DNA of 63,893 nucleotides, counting the filler, from Octopus bimaculoides (Eukaryota), in NCBI RefSeq assembly GCF_001194135.2. It is 4 parts of 4 records of this genome, joined end to end, with 100 filler letters (N's around TTAATTAATTAA, not from the genome) between each part and the next. Parts side by side here need not be neighbours in the genome. Positions count along the whole stretch, not along the records: positions 31,399 to 57,720 come from NC_068993.1; positions 57,821 to 61,905 come from NC_068990.1; positions 62,006 to 63,893 come from NW_026334471.1; 1 more part is not named here. One strand, 5' to 3'. How positions within the stretch are numbered: the first letter of the stretch is position 1; each line of letters begins with the position of its first letter. Below are positions 51,501-63,893 of this stretch, one piece after another. The notes beneath the pieces were generated by a model. It was given only the letters and a program-made list of their open reading frames with translations, searched no databases and had not been told where the DNA came from. Both the position numbers and the translations under genes were made by a program.

Positions 51501-51779
51501 CTTCTGGGACAAAGTGATGAAGACTGATCTGAAGTGGCTAGGAAATGACAAACGACCAAACAGATTAAGTTACATACAGTGTTACACAGAAAAACAATGC
51601 ACTCTTGGCAAAAGGCACTTTGACACAAGGGTAGTGTTTAGAAGTTATGATGTGTGTGTGTGTGATGTTATAAACTAAGATATTAGGTGATGTGGGGGGA
51701 ATGAAGGCAAAGTCAGCCATGTGTAGGGGTCCTTCCTCTTTTTTAACAGAACCAGGTGTCAGTAGTAGGTAGAGACGGG

Positions 51780-53190
51780 GAGAACAAGGAGTGTGAAGAA
51801 ACAATCCCCACATGGAACAAACTTCCTCTTGTGATGTCACTTGATGCCTTGAGTTGTTTTTCGCTGTTCACCTAATCCTCCTTACAAGCTTATTCAGCTC
51901 ATAACTACATGAGCATGTGCAAGGTGATAAGAACATTTAGAGGAGAAAGAGAGAGAGATGAAGTGACATGGGGGGGGGGAGAAGGTTAGGTCGATTGTGC
52001 AACTACAGGGATTTAGTGATTTAGAGAAACCAGTATTGTGATTGCATGCAGAAATGAGTGAAGAAACTCAGGTAGATGCGGGGAAAAATAGATGCCAATT
52101 TAAAAGAAGTTTTTATTGAGGGAACATTTGTGGCCAATGACAAGCTGAGAAGAGCAAGATGGACTGGGGGACAGGGAGGTGTGTTCAATAAGGTCAGAAG
52201 GTTAGTGGAACTGGCTGGATACTCTGGAAAAGGGCTGGAGGGGACAGTTAGGCTGGCATTTACAACAGGTTTCCTTGATCATATTTTGATAGAACTACAG
52301 TAGTTGCCGGACTTTGAGACCATGGCTACAGGGGATTTAGAGACCTGAGCTAGAATGCTAATGATGTGGCAGTCGCTAGAGTGGGTCAAAGCGCAATGAG
52401 ATGGCAAGCTGAAAGCAGTAAGGGGTTGGAAGAGGAAAGAAAGGGAGTGAGTGTGACAATTCAAAGGTAATGGTTCAGATGTTGTTGGCTGCACGTAGTC
52501 AGAAGTTGCAAGGAGCTCAAATGTAACTAGACTGGTCATATAGTGATAACCTTCAATCAGGAAAATGAAGGAAGTGAGGCCACTATGCTGGTAGCTACCC
52601 TGTCAAGTGTGTGTGTGGGGGGGGGGGGGTGCACCTTCATCTGTTGCCTTTGGTGGAAGATCTGGTAAAAGCAACAGGACAAGAGTCCTGGATGATACAG
52701 GCTGCACAACCACTTTCAAGTGACTTCAAGTCTGATAGACAGCTGGGATGGGGTGAGCATTTGATGGGAAGAAAGGTCCTTTTAAGGGTTCCAGTACTGA
52801 TGAGTCGATGGTATATGGAAAGCAGTTGATAGTCACAGGGTTCTGATGCACCAACATATTGGATTGGTGTAATGATGGAGATGATCAGGTTAGCAAAGAT
52901 TCTGGCCAGCGAGGGAAGGGTGGAGTTTGAAGGGGCAAGATGTGCTGTGACTATACTGCAGAAGAGTCAGAGCTCTTGTCAAAATAATCCAAGGAGCAGT
53001 GGATGTTCCTTGTAAGATTAAGGACAAGGGTTTCCAAACAGTGTTTGGTGGTAAGCAATAAGCAGTCAACTGGATGCCATGATGAAATGAATAGATATAG
53101 TTGAGATGTCCTAATCTGAACTGATTCAGTTACTGTGCTTGGGTGGATGGGATCAATAATTACTTGTAGAAAGAGAATTTGAACAAAGGA
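51780..53190 (-). mobile_element. Decayed CR1/Jockey-type LINE (endonuclease region), with a nested Gypsy gag relic
   Basis: Degenerate endonuclease-like motifs (ANLIIS, HCLET) in broken frames. Confidence 0.4.
52050..52365 (+). mobile_element. Ty3/Gypsy gag-like relic
   Basis: EMSEETQVDA/GKIDANLKEVFIEGTFVANDKL...VRRLVELAGYSGKGLEGTVRLAFTTGFLDHILIELQ*LPDFETM...ARML resembles invertebrate Gypsy gag as I recall it; one frameshift and internal stops. Confidence 0.6.
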
Positions 53191-53726
53191 GGTGGCAGGA
53201 ATGATAGTAAAGTGACATCTGGGCAACAGAAAAGGCATCCGGTCGTTAAAAAAATTGCGCCAATGAATTTCGTCTGCTCCATGCAAACATGGAAGAGTGG
53301 ACGTCAAAACAGTGACGTTAATAATCATATATAAATATTTGTTCTTCATACACACACACACACGCATACACGAAAAAATACGTGTGTGTGTGTGTGCACG
53401 CGTGCGCGCACCCGTGCCTCGTACCTTATTTTTGTCCCTGCTTCTGTCACCCTTTCCTTAATGGGAAAATAAAAGGTTACAGAAACAAAGATTAAACAGT
53501 AAGAGAAAAATATCGTACATGTATACATACATATATACACACACACACACACACATATATATATACATTCACACACATATGCGAAGATAATAATTAAGTT
53601 GCCTGTCTATTCAAATGTGTGTGTATTCATACATACATATATGAGGCGTGGGTTCAATTCCTACGCATACTTATCAATTTTTCTGTCGAAGGCTTATATG
53701 CCTCTGTATTAGGATATACATATATA

Positions 53727-53762
<36 letters not shown>

Positions 53763-54618
53763 NNNNNNNNNNNNNNNNNNNNNNNNNNNNNNNNNNNNNN
53801 NNNNNNNNNNNNNNNNNNNNNNNNNNNNNNNNNNNNNNNNNNNNNNNNNNNNNNNNNNNNNNNNNNNNNNNNNNNNNNNNNNNNNNNNNNNNNNNNNNNN
53901 NNNNNNNNNNNNNNNNNNNNNNNNNNNNNNNNNNNNNNNNNNNNNNNNNNNNNNNNNNNNNNNNNNNNNNNNNNNNNNNNNNNNNNNNNNNNNNNNNNNN
54001 NNNNNNNNNNNNNNNNNNNNNNNNNNNNNNNNNNNNNNNNNNNNNNNNNNNNNNNNNNNNNNNNNNNNNNNNNNNNNNNNNNNNNNNNNNNNNNNNNNNN
54101 NNNNNNNNNNNNNNNNNNNNNNNNNNNNNNNNNNNNNNNNNNNNNNNNNNNNNNNNNNNNNNNNNNNNNNNNNNNNNNNNNNNNNNNNNNNNNNNNNNNN
54201 NNNNNNNNNNNNNNNNNNNNNNNNNNNNNNNNNNNNNNNNNNNNNNNNNNNNNNNNNNNNNNNNNNNNNNNNNNNNNNNNNNNNNNNNNNNNNNNNNNNN
54301 NNNNNNNNNNNNNNNNNNNNNNNNNNNNNNNNNNNNNNNNNNNNNNNNNNNNNNNNNNNNNNNNNNNNNNNNNNNNNNNNNNNNNNNNNNNNNNNNNNNN
54401 NNNNNNNNNNNNNNNNNNNNNNNNNNNNNNNNNNNNNNNNNNNNNNNNNNNNNNNNNNNNNNNNNNNNNNNNNNNNNNNNNNNNNNNNNNNNNNNNNNNN
54501 NNNNNNNNNNNNNNNNNNNNNNNNNNNNNNNNNNNNNNNNNNNNNNNNNNNNNNNNNNNNNNNNNNNNNNNNNNNNNNNNNNNNNNNNNNNNNNNNNNNN
54601 NNNNNNNNNNNNNNNNNN

Positions 54619-54687
<69 letters not shown>

Positions 54688-55146
54688 CATACATACATGT
54701 ATGTATGTATATATATGTAATATAATATATATATATATGTATATAAGAAGTAAGCTAAATGTAGTAGTAGAAGTAGTAGTAATAATAGTAGTAGTAGTAA
54801 TAGTAGCAGCAGCAGCTAAAGTTGGTCAATAATGTTCCTCTTTCAGGTTACGGACCCTGTCCGAAATTATCATTCTCCCCCCACCCCCGGAATTCTATTC
54901 ATTTCTCCACACTCCGGTCTCTTCCTGGTGACTCCCAAACCACAAAAACGTCCTCGATTACTCATTAATTTTTTACAGATTATCCTCGATTAACATATTC
55001 TATATACATACATACGCACACACAAATGTACATGTATGTGTGTGTGTGTGTGTGTATATACTACTACTATTACTACTACATTTCCACGTTATAATATACT
55101 TAGTTTCTTATATACATATATATATTATATATATATATGTATATAC

Positions 55147-55246
<100 letters not shown>

Positions 55247-55329
55247 AATATATATATAGAGAGAGAGATTTCTATATATATAGAGAGAAGAGGGGGAGAG
55301 AGAGATTTGTGTGTATCTATATAAATATG

Positions 55330-55361
<32 letters not shown>

Positions 55362-56137
55362 CATTAACACATGTATATGTGTGTGTAGGAAAGAGGAGAA
55401 TTATTGATTGGCTTTTTGCATTAGTGGAAAAGAAAGTGTGTATGTCTGTGTGTGCGTCTGCATTATCAAAATATTTGATAAAACTGGCATTACCTGCTAT
55501 AATGGTGGTTGAAGATGTAGGAGATCCATTATTGAAGAAATGGTTACCATCGCGGTCTTGCCAGAGATTTGTTTATAAATTAATGCGCTTAGGTGAATGT
55601 ATGAAGGAGGGAAGGAGAGAGAGAGGGGGAGGGTACGAACGGAGAGAGAGAGAGAAAGAGTGATAGGTAGAGGTAAAGACAGTATGTGTGTGTGTATATA
55701 TATATATATATGTATAGATAGATAGATAGATAGATAGATATACATATGTATATGTGGAGAGAGAGAGAGAGGCGGGGGACAAGTGTACGCGTACTGAAAA
55801 TACTTCGGTGTATGTGCGCATATGTACTTGTGTGCGTGTGTGTGTGCTTTTAAGCATTCATTCGTTGTTTCTGTGTAACCCCGTATGATAACCTATGGTA
55901 ATATCTAAAATGTCAGTGTGTGCATATATATATATNNNNNNNNNNNNNNNNNNNNNNNNNNNNNNNNNNNNNNNNNNNNNNNNNNNNNNNNNNNNNNNNN
56001 NNNNNNNNNNNNNNNNNNNNNNNNNNNNNNNNNNNNNNNNNNNNNNNNNNNNNNNNNNNNNNNNNNNNNNNNNNNNNNNNNNNNNNNNNNNNNNNNNNNN
56101 NNNNNNNNNNNNNNNNNNNNNNNNNNNNNNNNNTATA

Positions 56138-56176
<39 letters not shown>

Positions 56177-57919
56177 TTAAGTAGATACATAGGTAGATAG
56201 ATAATAGTGACTGCACACATACGCTTATAATATTAGACGTGTTTTTTTATGTCATCCGTGTTTATAACGCTTAATAGAGACATCCACATCACACAAACTT
56301 TATTTCTAGTGAAATTTTAAACAATATATTTTACATGTATCGAGCACATAGATACATCCGTGTGTGTGTATCTTATATTGTAACCCCGAGTTGAACTGTT
56401 CAACTCTTCCAGTCGGTTATTGTATCTATTTACAGGTGGCTCATGACAATACTTCCTTTTTCACGCGGAAATTCCCATGATTTCTTATTGAACTCGCATA
56501 TTTTACTTTCAATGTCTTCCCAAGACCACAAAACTGGGATTTTATAGAAACAAAAATACTTTTGTCAGGCAAAAACAGGAAATTTTTGTAAAGGTGGTGG
56601 GATCTGGCTGGAACCATTATTGCTTATTACCTGGGGCAACCCCGATTGAGCGGAATTTTCGTTAAAGGAGATTCAAGTTGTGATTTTTTTTACTGGCATA
56701 ATGTATCAAGGGCTACAATATCCAATGTATCATCCTTCATTTATTATTATTATTATTATTATTATTGTCAAGATAACGATGATGTGATATGAGAGAGACT
56801 TGGCTGCTATTTCTTGGAGAGGCTCACTCGTTTGTAGAATTGAGAAGTCATCCACGATTTAGTAAAGATGTAATCAAAGGCATTCCAGCGATGACCATCT
56901 CTTTTATTTGTCAACATTATGCCACGGATTATATTATCCAACATCTCGTTCACGAATGTGATGTGGTTCAACTGTTAAATAGAGCGCGGTTGTGTGGTCC
57001 TGCCCCCATGATAATCCCGCTGATTTTATTTCCCGTTGCCTTTGAAGAACCGTTTGAAATCTATTTCGAAGACATATTTGGGGAGAACTAGGTGAATTCT
57101 GTTAATAGACAATACTTCGTGCCAACAACGATACCTTCCAGTAAATCGTGCGCGATAGTGTAGTTTGGATTCTAAGAAGGATTGTTGTCAAATCTCATGG
57201 CGAGTTTGCGTTGTTTAGTCACGGATGAAATGACCAGTGATCAATGGCGTTCCAGTAGTGGCTACCCTGTTTTATTTGCAGACACACAAATATACTATAT
57301 TGATACACACAAAGATATTCATAAGCACACACACACACACTAGCAGTCCAATGAAGATCAACTTTTTTCCAATATAGTTTAAAACAAAGATTTGGAAGAA
57401 TTAGAAGTTAGTTTTCTGCTAATTTTCTTTCAAGTAAATAAATGTTTAGGTTAATTTAAAAATTTGCCACCAAAATCTTATAAATTGACAAAGTTCTAAA
57501 AGTTGTACATGTTTCTATGTTATATATGAAAGTAAAAATGTTTAAAATTGTGAAGAAAAAAAAGGACAAGAGTCAGGCGGGGGAACAACAAAGCGTATTA
57601 GTTTGACGATAAAGAAAAATTGAAGAGTCTACGTTTCGAGCCTACTCTCTTCTACAGAAACGATGTCCTGTGCCCATATATGCATATGAATATACATATA
57701 TATGTAAGTATGTACATATANNNNNNNNNNNNNNNNNNNNNNNNNNNNNNNNNNNNNNNNNNNNTTAATTAATTAANNNNNNNNNNNNNNNNNNNNNNNN
57801 NNNNNNNNNNNNNNNNNNNNATGTATGTATATATGTATATATATATGTATATATATGTATATATATATGTATATATATATATGTATATATATATATGTAT
57901 ATATATGTATATATATGTG

Positions 57920-57959
<40 letters not shown>

Positions 57960-58632
57960 TACATATATGTGTTGAGAGATAGACAGACAGACAGACACTT
58001 ATTGTGACTCTAGAAAATATACACAATCACTCACTTTGTTGACTTTGCCTATAACAAAATGGTCCACATTCTACTAATTCAACACTATAATATTTACATA
58101 TCTTCTTAACAAAAATTAGTCATGGCTCACTGCAGAGTTACTGGAGAAGTAATGTAAATCAGCAATGAAGATTTTCTTAGACATGAAGTCATACATTTTG
58201 GAAGAGAGTAGTACAGTCAATTAAAACTACCACAATGTATGACATTTTATTAAATCTGAAGGATCTGAACTTGAAACTAAAGATAAACAACTAAATACTG
58301 CAAGATGTTTAATCTGTTGCTTTACAATTTCAGTCACTCTTTTCCTTCATAAAAATCAATAAGAACGCTTGGATCTTGATGGAGCTTCTGAGCACTTCAA
58401 GTCTTCTTTTAATAAAGCCTGGGTTAATGGGTAAAATTAATTATAGCAAATATAATAATGAGAATCATTATTGTACTAGTGATTATTTTCACAAACTGAA
58501 TAAATGTAGTAATAAGAAAGATTATCCTACAAGCGGTTATCTTCACAAACTGGGTATAGATGCACTGAAACAATACCAGCTAAAGTTTTGCAGCAGTAAC
58601 AGCTTTTTGAAAAAAATCTCTTAAAGCTACTA

Positions 58633-59046
58633 ATAGGAGTGGCTGTGTGGTAAGCAGCTTGCTTACGAACCACATGGTTCCGGGTTCAGTCCCACTGCGT
58701 GGCATCTTGGGCAAGTGTCTTCTACTATAGCCTCGGGCTGACCAAGGCCTTGTGAGTGGATTTGGTAGACGGAAACTGAAAGAAGCCCATCGTATATATG
58801 TATATATATGTATGTGTGTATGCGTTTGTGTGTATGTGTTTGTGCGTCTGTGTTTGTCCCCCCAACATCGCTTGACAACTGATACCGGTGTGTTTACGTC
58901 CCCATAACTTAGCGGTTTGGCAAAAGAGACCGATAGAATAAGTACTAGGCTTCCAAAGAATAAGTCCTGGGGTCGATTTGCTTGACTAAAGGCGGTGCTC
59001 CAGCATGGCCACAGTCAAAAGACTGAAACAAGTAAAAGAGTAAAAG
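58633..59046 (+). mobile_element. SINE family D, full length
   Basis: tRNA-like head (GTGGTAAG...GGTTCAGTCCC), CORE-like CTTGGGCAAGTGTCTT, internal TA/TG tract, A-rich tail. Confidence 0.88.
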
Positions 59047-60174
59047 TGTAATTAATTACAAGGCAAGTTTGCAAATTTGGTTGTTTATATATGCTGTGAG
59101 GAGATAAAATAAACTACAGATGTTTTGAGCATACATATTCAGTGCTATAATAACCACTGAACACATTTTTCTTTCTGATGAAGTGTAATAGCTCAAAATG
59201 TCATTATTCTCATCTCTCTTTAGTTCACAAACTTATCAAAACCTGTAAAAACCTTCCATGATTTCTTCAAATGATCGAGAGCTTTGATTATGCAGCTCCT
59301 AATGGTAGAAACTGGTACATCAGATAGAAAGAAATTGTATCTGAGATTTTCTTTAACTTAAAGATTTAGACTAAAGATGTCTGTAGCTCACATCAAGGAT
59401 TTGAAGCTAACCCAGAAAATAACCATGAGACAAATGAGATATTGTAGTTAAAACTGTCCAATCAGTACAGATAAATTGATACAAAATGTGATTCATGCTT
59501 GTGGTGGTAGTGGTCATGATGGTGATGGTGGTGGTGGCAACAAGGTGGTAGTGACACTGCTGCTGATAATATCTATAGTTCTGATTAACTTGTTCTTAGT
59601 AGTTAGAGTTTTCTCTCTTGCATCTATTATCTACTGATTGCTTTTATAATTTTCTAACATTAAGCCATTCAGTTTTCTTGATGGTTTCTTTCTTTTTTTT
59701 TTTTTTTTTTTTCACAAAAATACATTATTTTCTCTCTTGTAAATTTATAGTTCCCTTATTTCTATTTTGCTCATGGTCTGTTTACATAAATACATATTCA
59801 ATTACACATAAATGTTTGGAAACAATTGTTTTGTTTTATCAAACAACATTTGGAACATCAGATCAGATTTGTGCATTTGGTAGTAAAGAGACATTTATCT
59901 GTTTATTTAAAGCATCCATTTAGGCATAGATATGCCATTTATCTCTGTATGTGAGGTCTTCATTTATCTATGTGTATGTGAGGGTTTCATTTATTTTAGG
60001 ACCATATTAGAACATAGGTATTTGATGGAAAAACATATCGAGCATTTAAAGTTTTATGTATCTGTATACATGTGCATATGAGGTGTGTGAGTTTTTGTTG
60101 AGTGTGTTACAGTGATAAATATATGTGTGCACATACACATATATATATGTATGTAGCTACATATGTATGTGTGC

Positions 60175-60213
<39 letters not shown>

Positions 60214-60719
60214 CACACATACATACACACACATATATATAATATATATATGTATCATATATTTTGTTTTTATTAAAACAAAAACTTTTCTTAATCTCTA
60301 AAAGTTTTACAGATGTCTATTTTAAAATGTATTCACTATTATTTTAGATAAATATTTAACCATTATATATAATTTTTCTTTCTTCTCATCATTTCTCTAT
60401 CAGTACACAAACAAACCTACATGCATATGCAAGCACACATGGATGCACATACATCCCCATACACATTCCTTGTTTATAGTTTTCCATCAGATTTGATGAT
60501 GACCATCTTCTTCAATTGTAGATATTTTAATGACAACTTCTTAAAGAGCAGCAGTGACAGAAAACCACAACCATGTAAGCAACTGGAAAACTGTAACTGC
60601 TATTGTCTATTCTCCATCTACTATGTACCTTCACAGGCAATGAAAATATGGAAGTGGTGTAATTTTATTGTGACAGATGTATGTGTTCCCCCATCCATTC
60701 ATCCATCCATCCATCTTTT

Positions 60720-61200
60720 CCACTGACTATTCCTGGGAGGGTTGCATGCGTAGAGTCCTCAGAGACTGCCTCCATTGGAAGCGACTGTCTTAAACTTTCC
60801 TGTTGACTTTCAAAGGCTGATCAACTGAGTCTATGGTTATTATCTAACTCATGGTCTACTTCTCAGTCTTCTGCCAGTTGGATTGGCTTGGAAAATGCAT
60901 CTAGCAATTCTTTCCTGTAACCATACCACAATCTGACAGCCAGGGGTTTGTGAAAATCTCACTCCACTCTGTATGAAAATAGTTGGCATCACACCTGAAT
61001 AGTGCAGAGTTGACCTTCCATCCAAATATATGGTACCAGAGCCACAGAACCTTGTAGAGGAGACACCCACTATATCTAGCTGGAAGTATTTGGTCTGCTC
61101 CACTAATTCCTGTTCCTTGCTTATAAGGTTTGTAACATTCCAATTCCCAAGCATTAAAAACTGTTTCCTCCTGGACCTGCTTCAGGTTCTTATGACATGC
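60720..61200 (-). mobile_element. RTE-clade LINE AP-endonuclease 5' relic
   Basis: GNWNVTNLISKEQELVEQTKYFQLDIVGVSSTRFCGSGTIYLDG...YSGV (ORF 60849..61154). Confidence 0.8.
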
Positions 61201-62004
61201 ATCTTTTGTGGTGCTCCTGCCTCCCAGAACAAGTTGCAGGTTTACTGCTGATTGTACTGGCATTGAGAGGATACTGCAATACAATTTTTGAACAGACTCC
61301 TCCACCTAAGATCAGAAGTGTCTCTTGCCAACTGGCATGATGGTTGATGTGACATGGTTGTCTTTTCAAGCCCCTTTCATATTATAGTTTTTGGTGGTCT
61401 TATTCATGCCAAGTACCATGCTGGTATTTGTATACGACCTGCTAACAGATCTGAGACCCATAACCTATAATACAATTACCTGGACAATGAAGCTGTGTAG
61501 TGATGTTAGTGGTACATAATATGTATTTCTCAGTATTACTATCTTGTTTGTGATCTATAAAGATAGATCCTGTGTCACAAAAGAGACACAGGATGATTGG
61601 TACTATTCATAATAATACACACCATAATAGCCTGTAGAATTCATGCCAACATGGAGAGTGGAATTAAAATGATGATAATACATACAAACATGGTAAGGGG
61701 AACGTTAAGTGATGATAGATGATATATATGTACACACACACACACACACACACATATATACTATTTATTAAAACCAAGGAAATTCTTCCCCAGCTGTGAT
61801 TCATAATTTATATATATATATATATAATAAACTTATTGTATACAGTGCTCAGGTGACCATTCACTGGACAGTTGCAATGATACTCTCACTCTCTCTGTAT
61901 ATATANNNNNNNNNNNNNNNNNNNNNNNNNNNNNNNNNNNNNNNNNNNNTTAATTAATTAANNNNNNNNNNNNNNNNNNNNNNNNNNNNNNNNNNNNNNN
62001 NNNN

Positions 62005-63088
62005 NGGGAAACAACTTCTCCCATTCTTCTTTAATGGTATCTTTAAGAGAGTCGACATTGCTGTGTGATGTTCTATTGGTAGCATGTTCTAAAACGCCCC
62101 AAATAGCATAATCCAGAGGGTTTAGATCTGGGCTAGAAGGCGGCCATAAACATGATTCCCCAAAATTGCTAAAGTTGGATTTGCAGAAATCTTGTATTTT
62201 TCTAGCTGTGTGGGCTGGAGCACCATCCTGTGTCCATACACAATTACCATCTGGGTAGTTTGCTTTAAGCCATGGCAATACCTGGTATCTCAGAGTCTTG
62301 TAGGAAGTATTAACATTGATCTTTTTATCAGCTTTGTAGAATGTTATAGGCATTTTATTTCCATCGGAAGCCACAATACCAAAAGCCATAACTTGAGCAG
62401 GATGTTTTGTTTTGAATGTCCCCTTAACCTCAGCTGTCGATTTTGCGATAAATCCGTCATTTCTGTGGTTCAGAACAGCATCGACAGTGAAGATCTTTTC
62501 ATCTGAAACGATCGTTACAATGGAGGACTTTTTCTTGAACAATGTAATAATTGTCTTGCACTTTTCCAATCTCTTTTCCTTCATAGCTGTTGTCAACAAG
62601 TGTTTTGGTGTTCTTGTGTAAGATTTTTACCTCAAATCATATTTTATTGCATTTCTAACGATCTTGTTGTCTAACTCAAGTTCAATTGCCATTTTTCTCA
62701 TGGATTTGGTTGGATCCTTTAGGAGTTTGGATTTGAGAGCTTTAATAAAAGCTTTGGTACGTTTTTTGTTTATTCCTCCACTTCCAGACTTCCTCGTAAT
62801 AGTTTTGCTCATAGCCATTCTATTCTTTACATTATAAACAGTCTTTATGGACACTCTAATTATTCTTGAAATCTCCTTTGGTGTGACGAGTGCATTCAGC
62901 AAATCACACCCTCTTTGACATTTGCTTTCCTGATTACTCACATTGGGCAAAAGTTTCTGAAAAGGTAAGGTTAATAGTGTCAGGTATGAGTCTGACATTA
63001 ATATATGCTAGGTTTCAAAACAATTGACTTAGTGCCTCCTGAGAAAAAACAACTTAACGTTCATTGTAGATTTTGCTTCCCCACCCTG
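62005..63088 (-). mobile_element. Tc1/mariner-superfamily maT (DD37D) transposon, nearly intact, 3' end lost in the gap
   Basis: TA|CAGGGTGGGGAAGCAAAA terminus at 63088. ORFs 62627..62998 and 61958..62599 are in the same frame, separated by one TAA (62629-62627). Motifs SDEKIFTVD, QDGAPAH and WPPSSPDLNPLD, with 37 residues between the 2nd and 3rd Asp. Confidence 0.88.
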
Positions 63089-63759
63089 TATATATATTTT
63101 TATTTATTTATGTGTTTCAGCCAAGTGGCTGCGGTCATGCGGTCATTCAAAAGCACGTGTAATAAATAAACATACGAATATATACTAAATAAACAGACGA
63201 ACACACACATACACACACATATATATAATCATTTATTGTATATATAAAGTAAGAATTGAACGTGTTTGTGTATAGTTGAGCAGTTAAAAGCACTGAATTT
63301 ATAAGTGAGTTAAAAACGTAATTTTTATTCTTTCTATAAAGGTTATATATAAAGCAACTTAATTGATTCTTGGAAGCAACTCAAGTTTCATGTCACACTT
63401 GTTAAAATGAACAAATAACATTCAGTAAAACTCTTCAGTGCTCGGGCAATTTAAATTCTGTCGATGATTGACAAAGACCTAGGAATTACAGCTTTTTAGA
63501 AAGTCATCTTCTAAGAATATCATTGTATGAAGGCCAAGTGTCGTATCATTGCATTGAAAAGCATTAAGGTTGTAGTGAGATGTGTAAAAGGTTGTAAAAA
63601 GGGATTAGAGTTTAAACAAGAGCATGAAGCAGACGAGTATTCGGAGGTTATTACGAAATGTAAGATTTGGGATGTGGCTGTATTGTCCTTCATTGTGAGG
63701 AGAAAATCTTTTAAATTTAGGCGCAAGCATAGCCATGCGGTTAAGAAGTTCGATTTGTA

Positions 63760-63893
63760 ATTATGTGTGTTTCGGGTTCATTACGTAGCCCCTAGAACAA
63801 ATTTCTACCACAGCCTCGGCCCAACCAATACTTTGTGAGTTAATTTCGTAGACGGAAACTGTGAGGAAGCCCGTTGTATATATATATATATAT
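63760..63893 (+). mobile_element. Diverged SINE family D 5' part, running off the window end
   Basis: gcctcggcccaaccaatactttgtgag...gacggaaactg..gaagcccg matches the consensus. Confidence 0.65.

Noticed and set aside
55493-55547. Candidate minus-strand exon (…[20 protein letters not shown]|GTAATG)
   Set aside because: Weak acceptor, no recognisable protein, no phase-matched partner exon.
56789-57091. 100-aa plus-strand ORF
   Set aside because: Starts in repeat-derived sequence, with no recognisable domain or splice context.
60491-60660. Candidate plus-strand exons (…YFNDNFLKSSSDRKPQP|GTAAGC)
   Set aside because: Plausible splice sites but no recognisable homology or partner exons.

Overview
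Eukaryotic, AT-rich animal genomic DNA, dense in microsatellites and repeats, with several N gaps. The SINE/LINE families look like those of Octopus (inferred from recalled repeat sequences, not verified). Almost all ORFs in the supplied track are artefacts of microsatellites, gaps or transposon relics. Two spliced genes, arranged head-to-head, can be reconstructed by hand. (1) On the minus strand, a complete 8-exon, 242-aa TEX47/C7orf62-like BLUF-fold gene (CDS 17681->4149). It has an RFX X-box about 70 bp upstream of the ATG and a U12-type minor-spliceosome intron (10490->9796). Its BLUF-like pocket keeps the conserved Tyr but has Val in place of the photoactive Gln. (2) On the plus strand, PDRG1 (prefoldin-like). 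Its last two coding exons are visible (21466-21566, 29462-29619); the N-terminal exons are probably in the gap at 19130-20030. The rest is decayed transposons (RTE LINEs, hAT-Charlie, Tc1/mariner, a nearly intact DD37D maT, pogo, a Gypsy gag relic), tRNA-derived SINEs, palindromic MITE-like elements and minisatellites. I could not support a third protein-coding gene in 30-63.9 kb.
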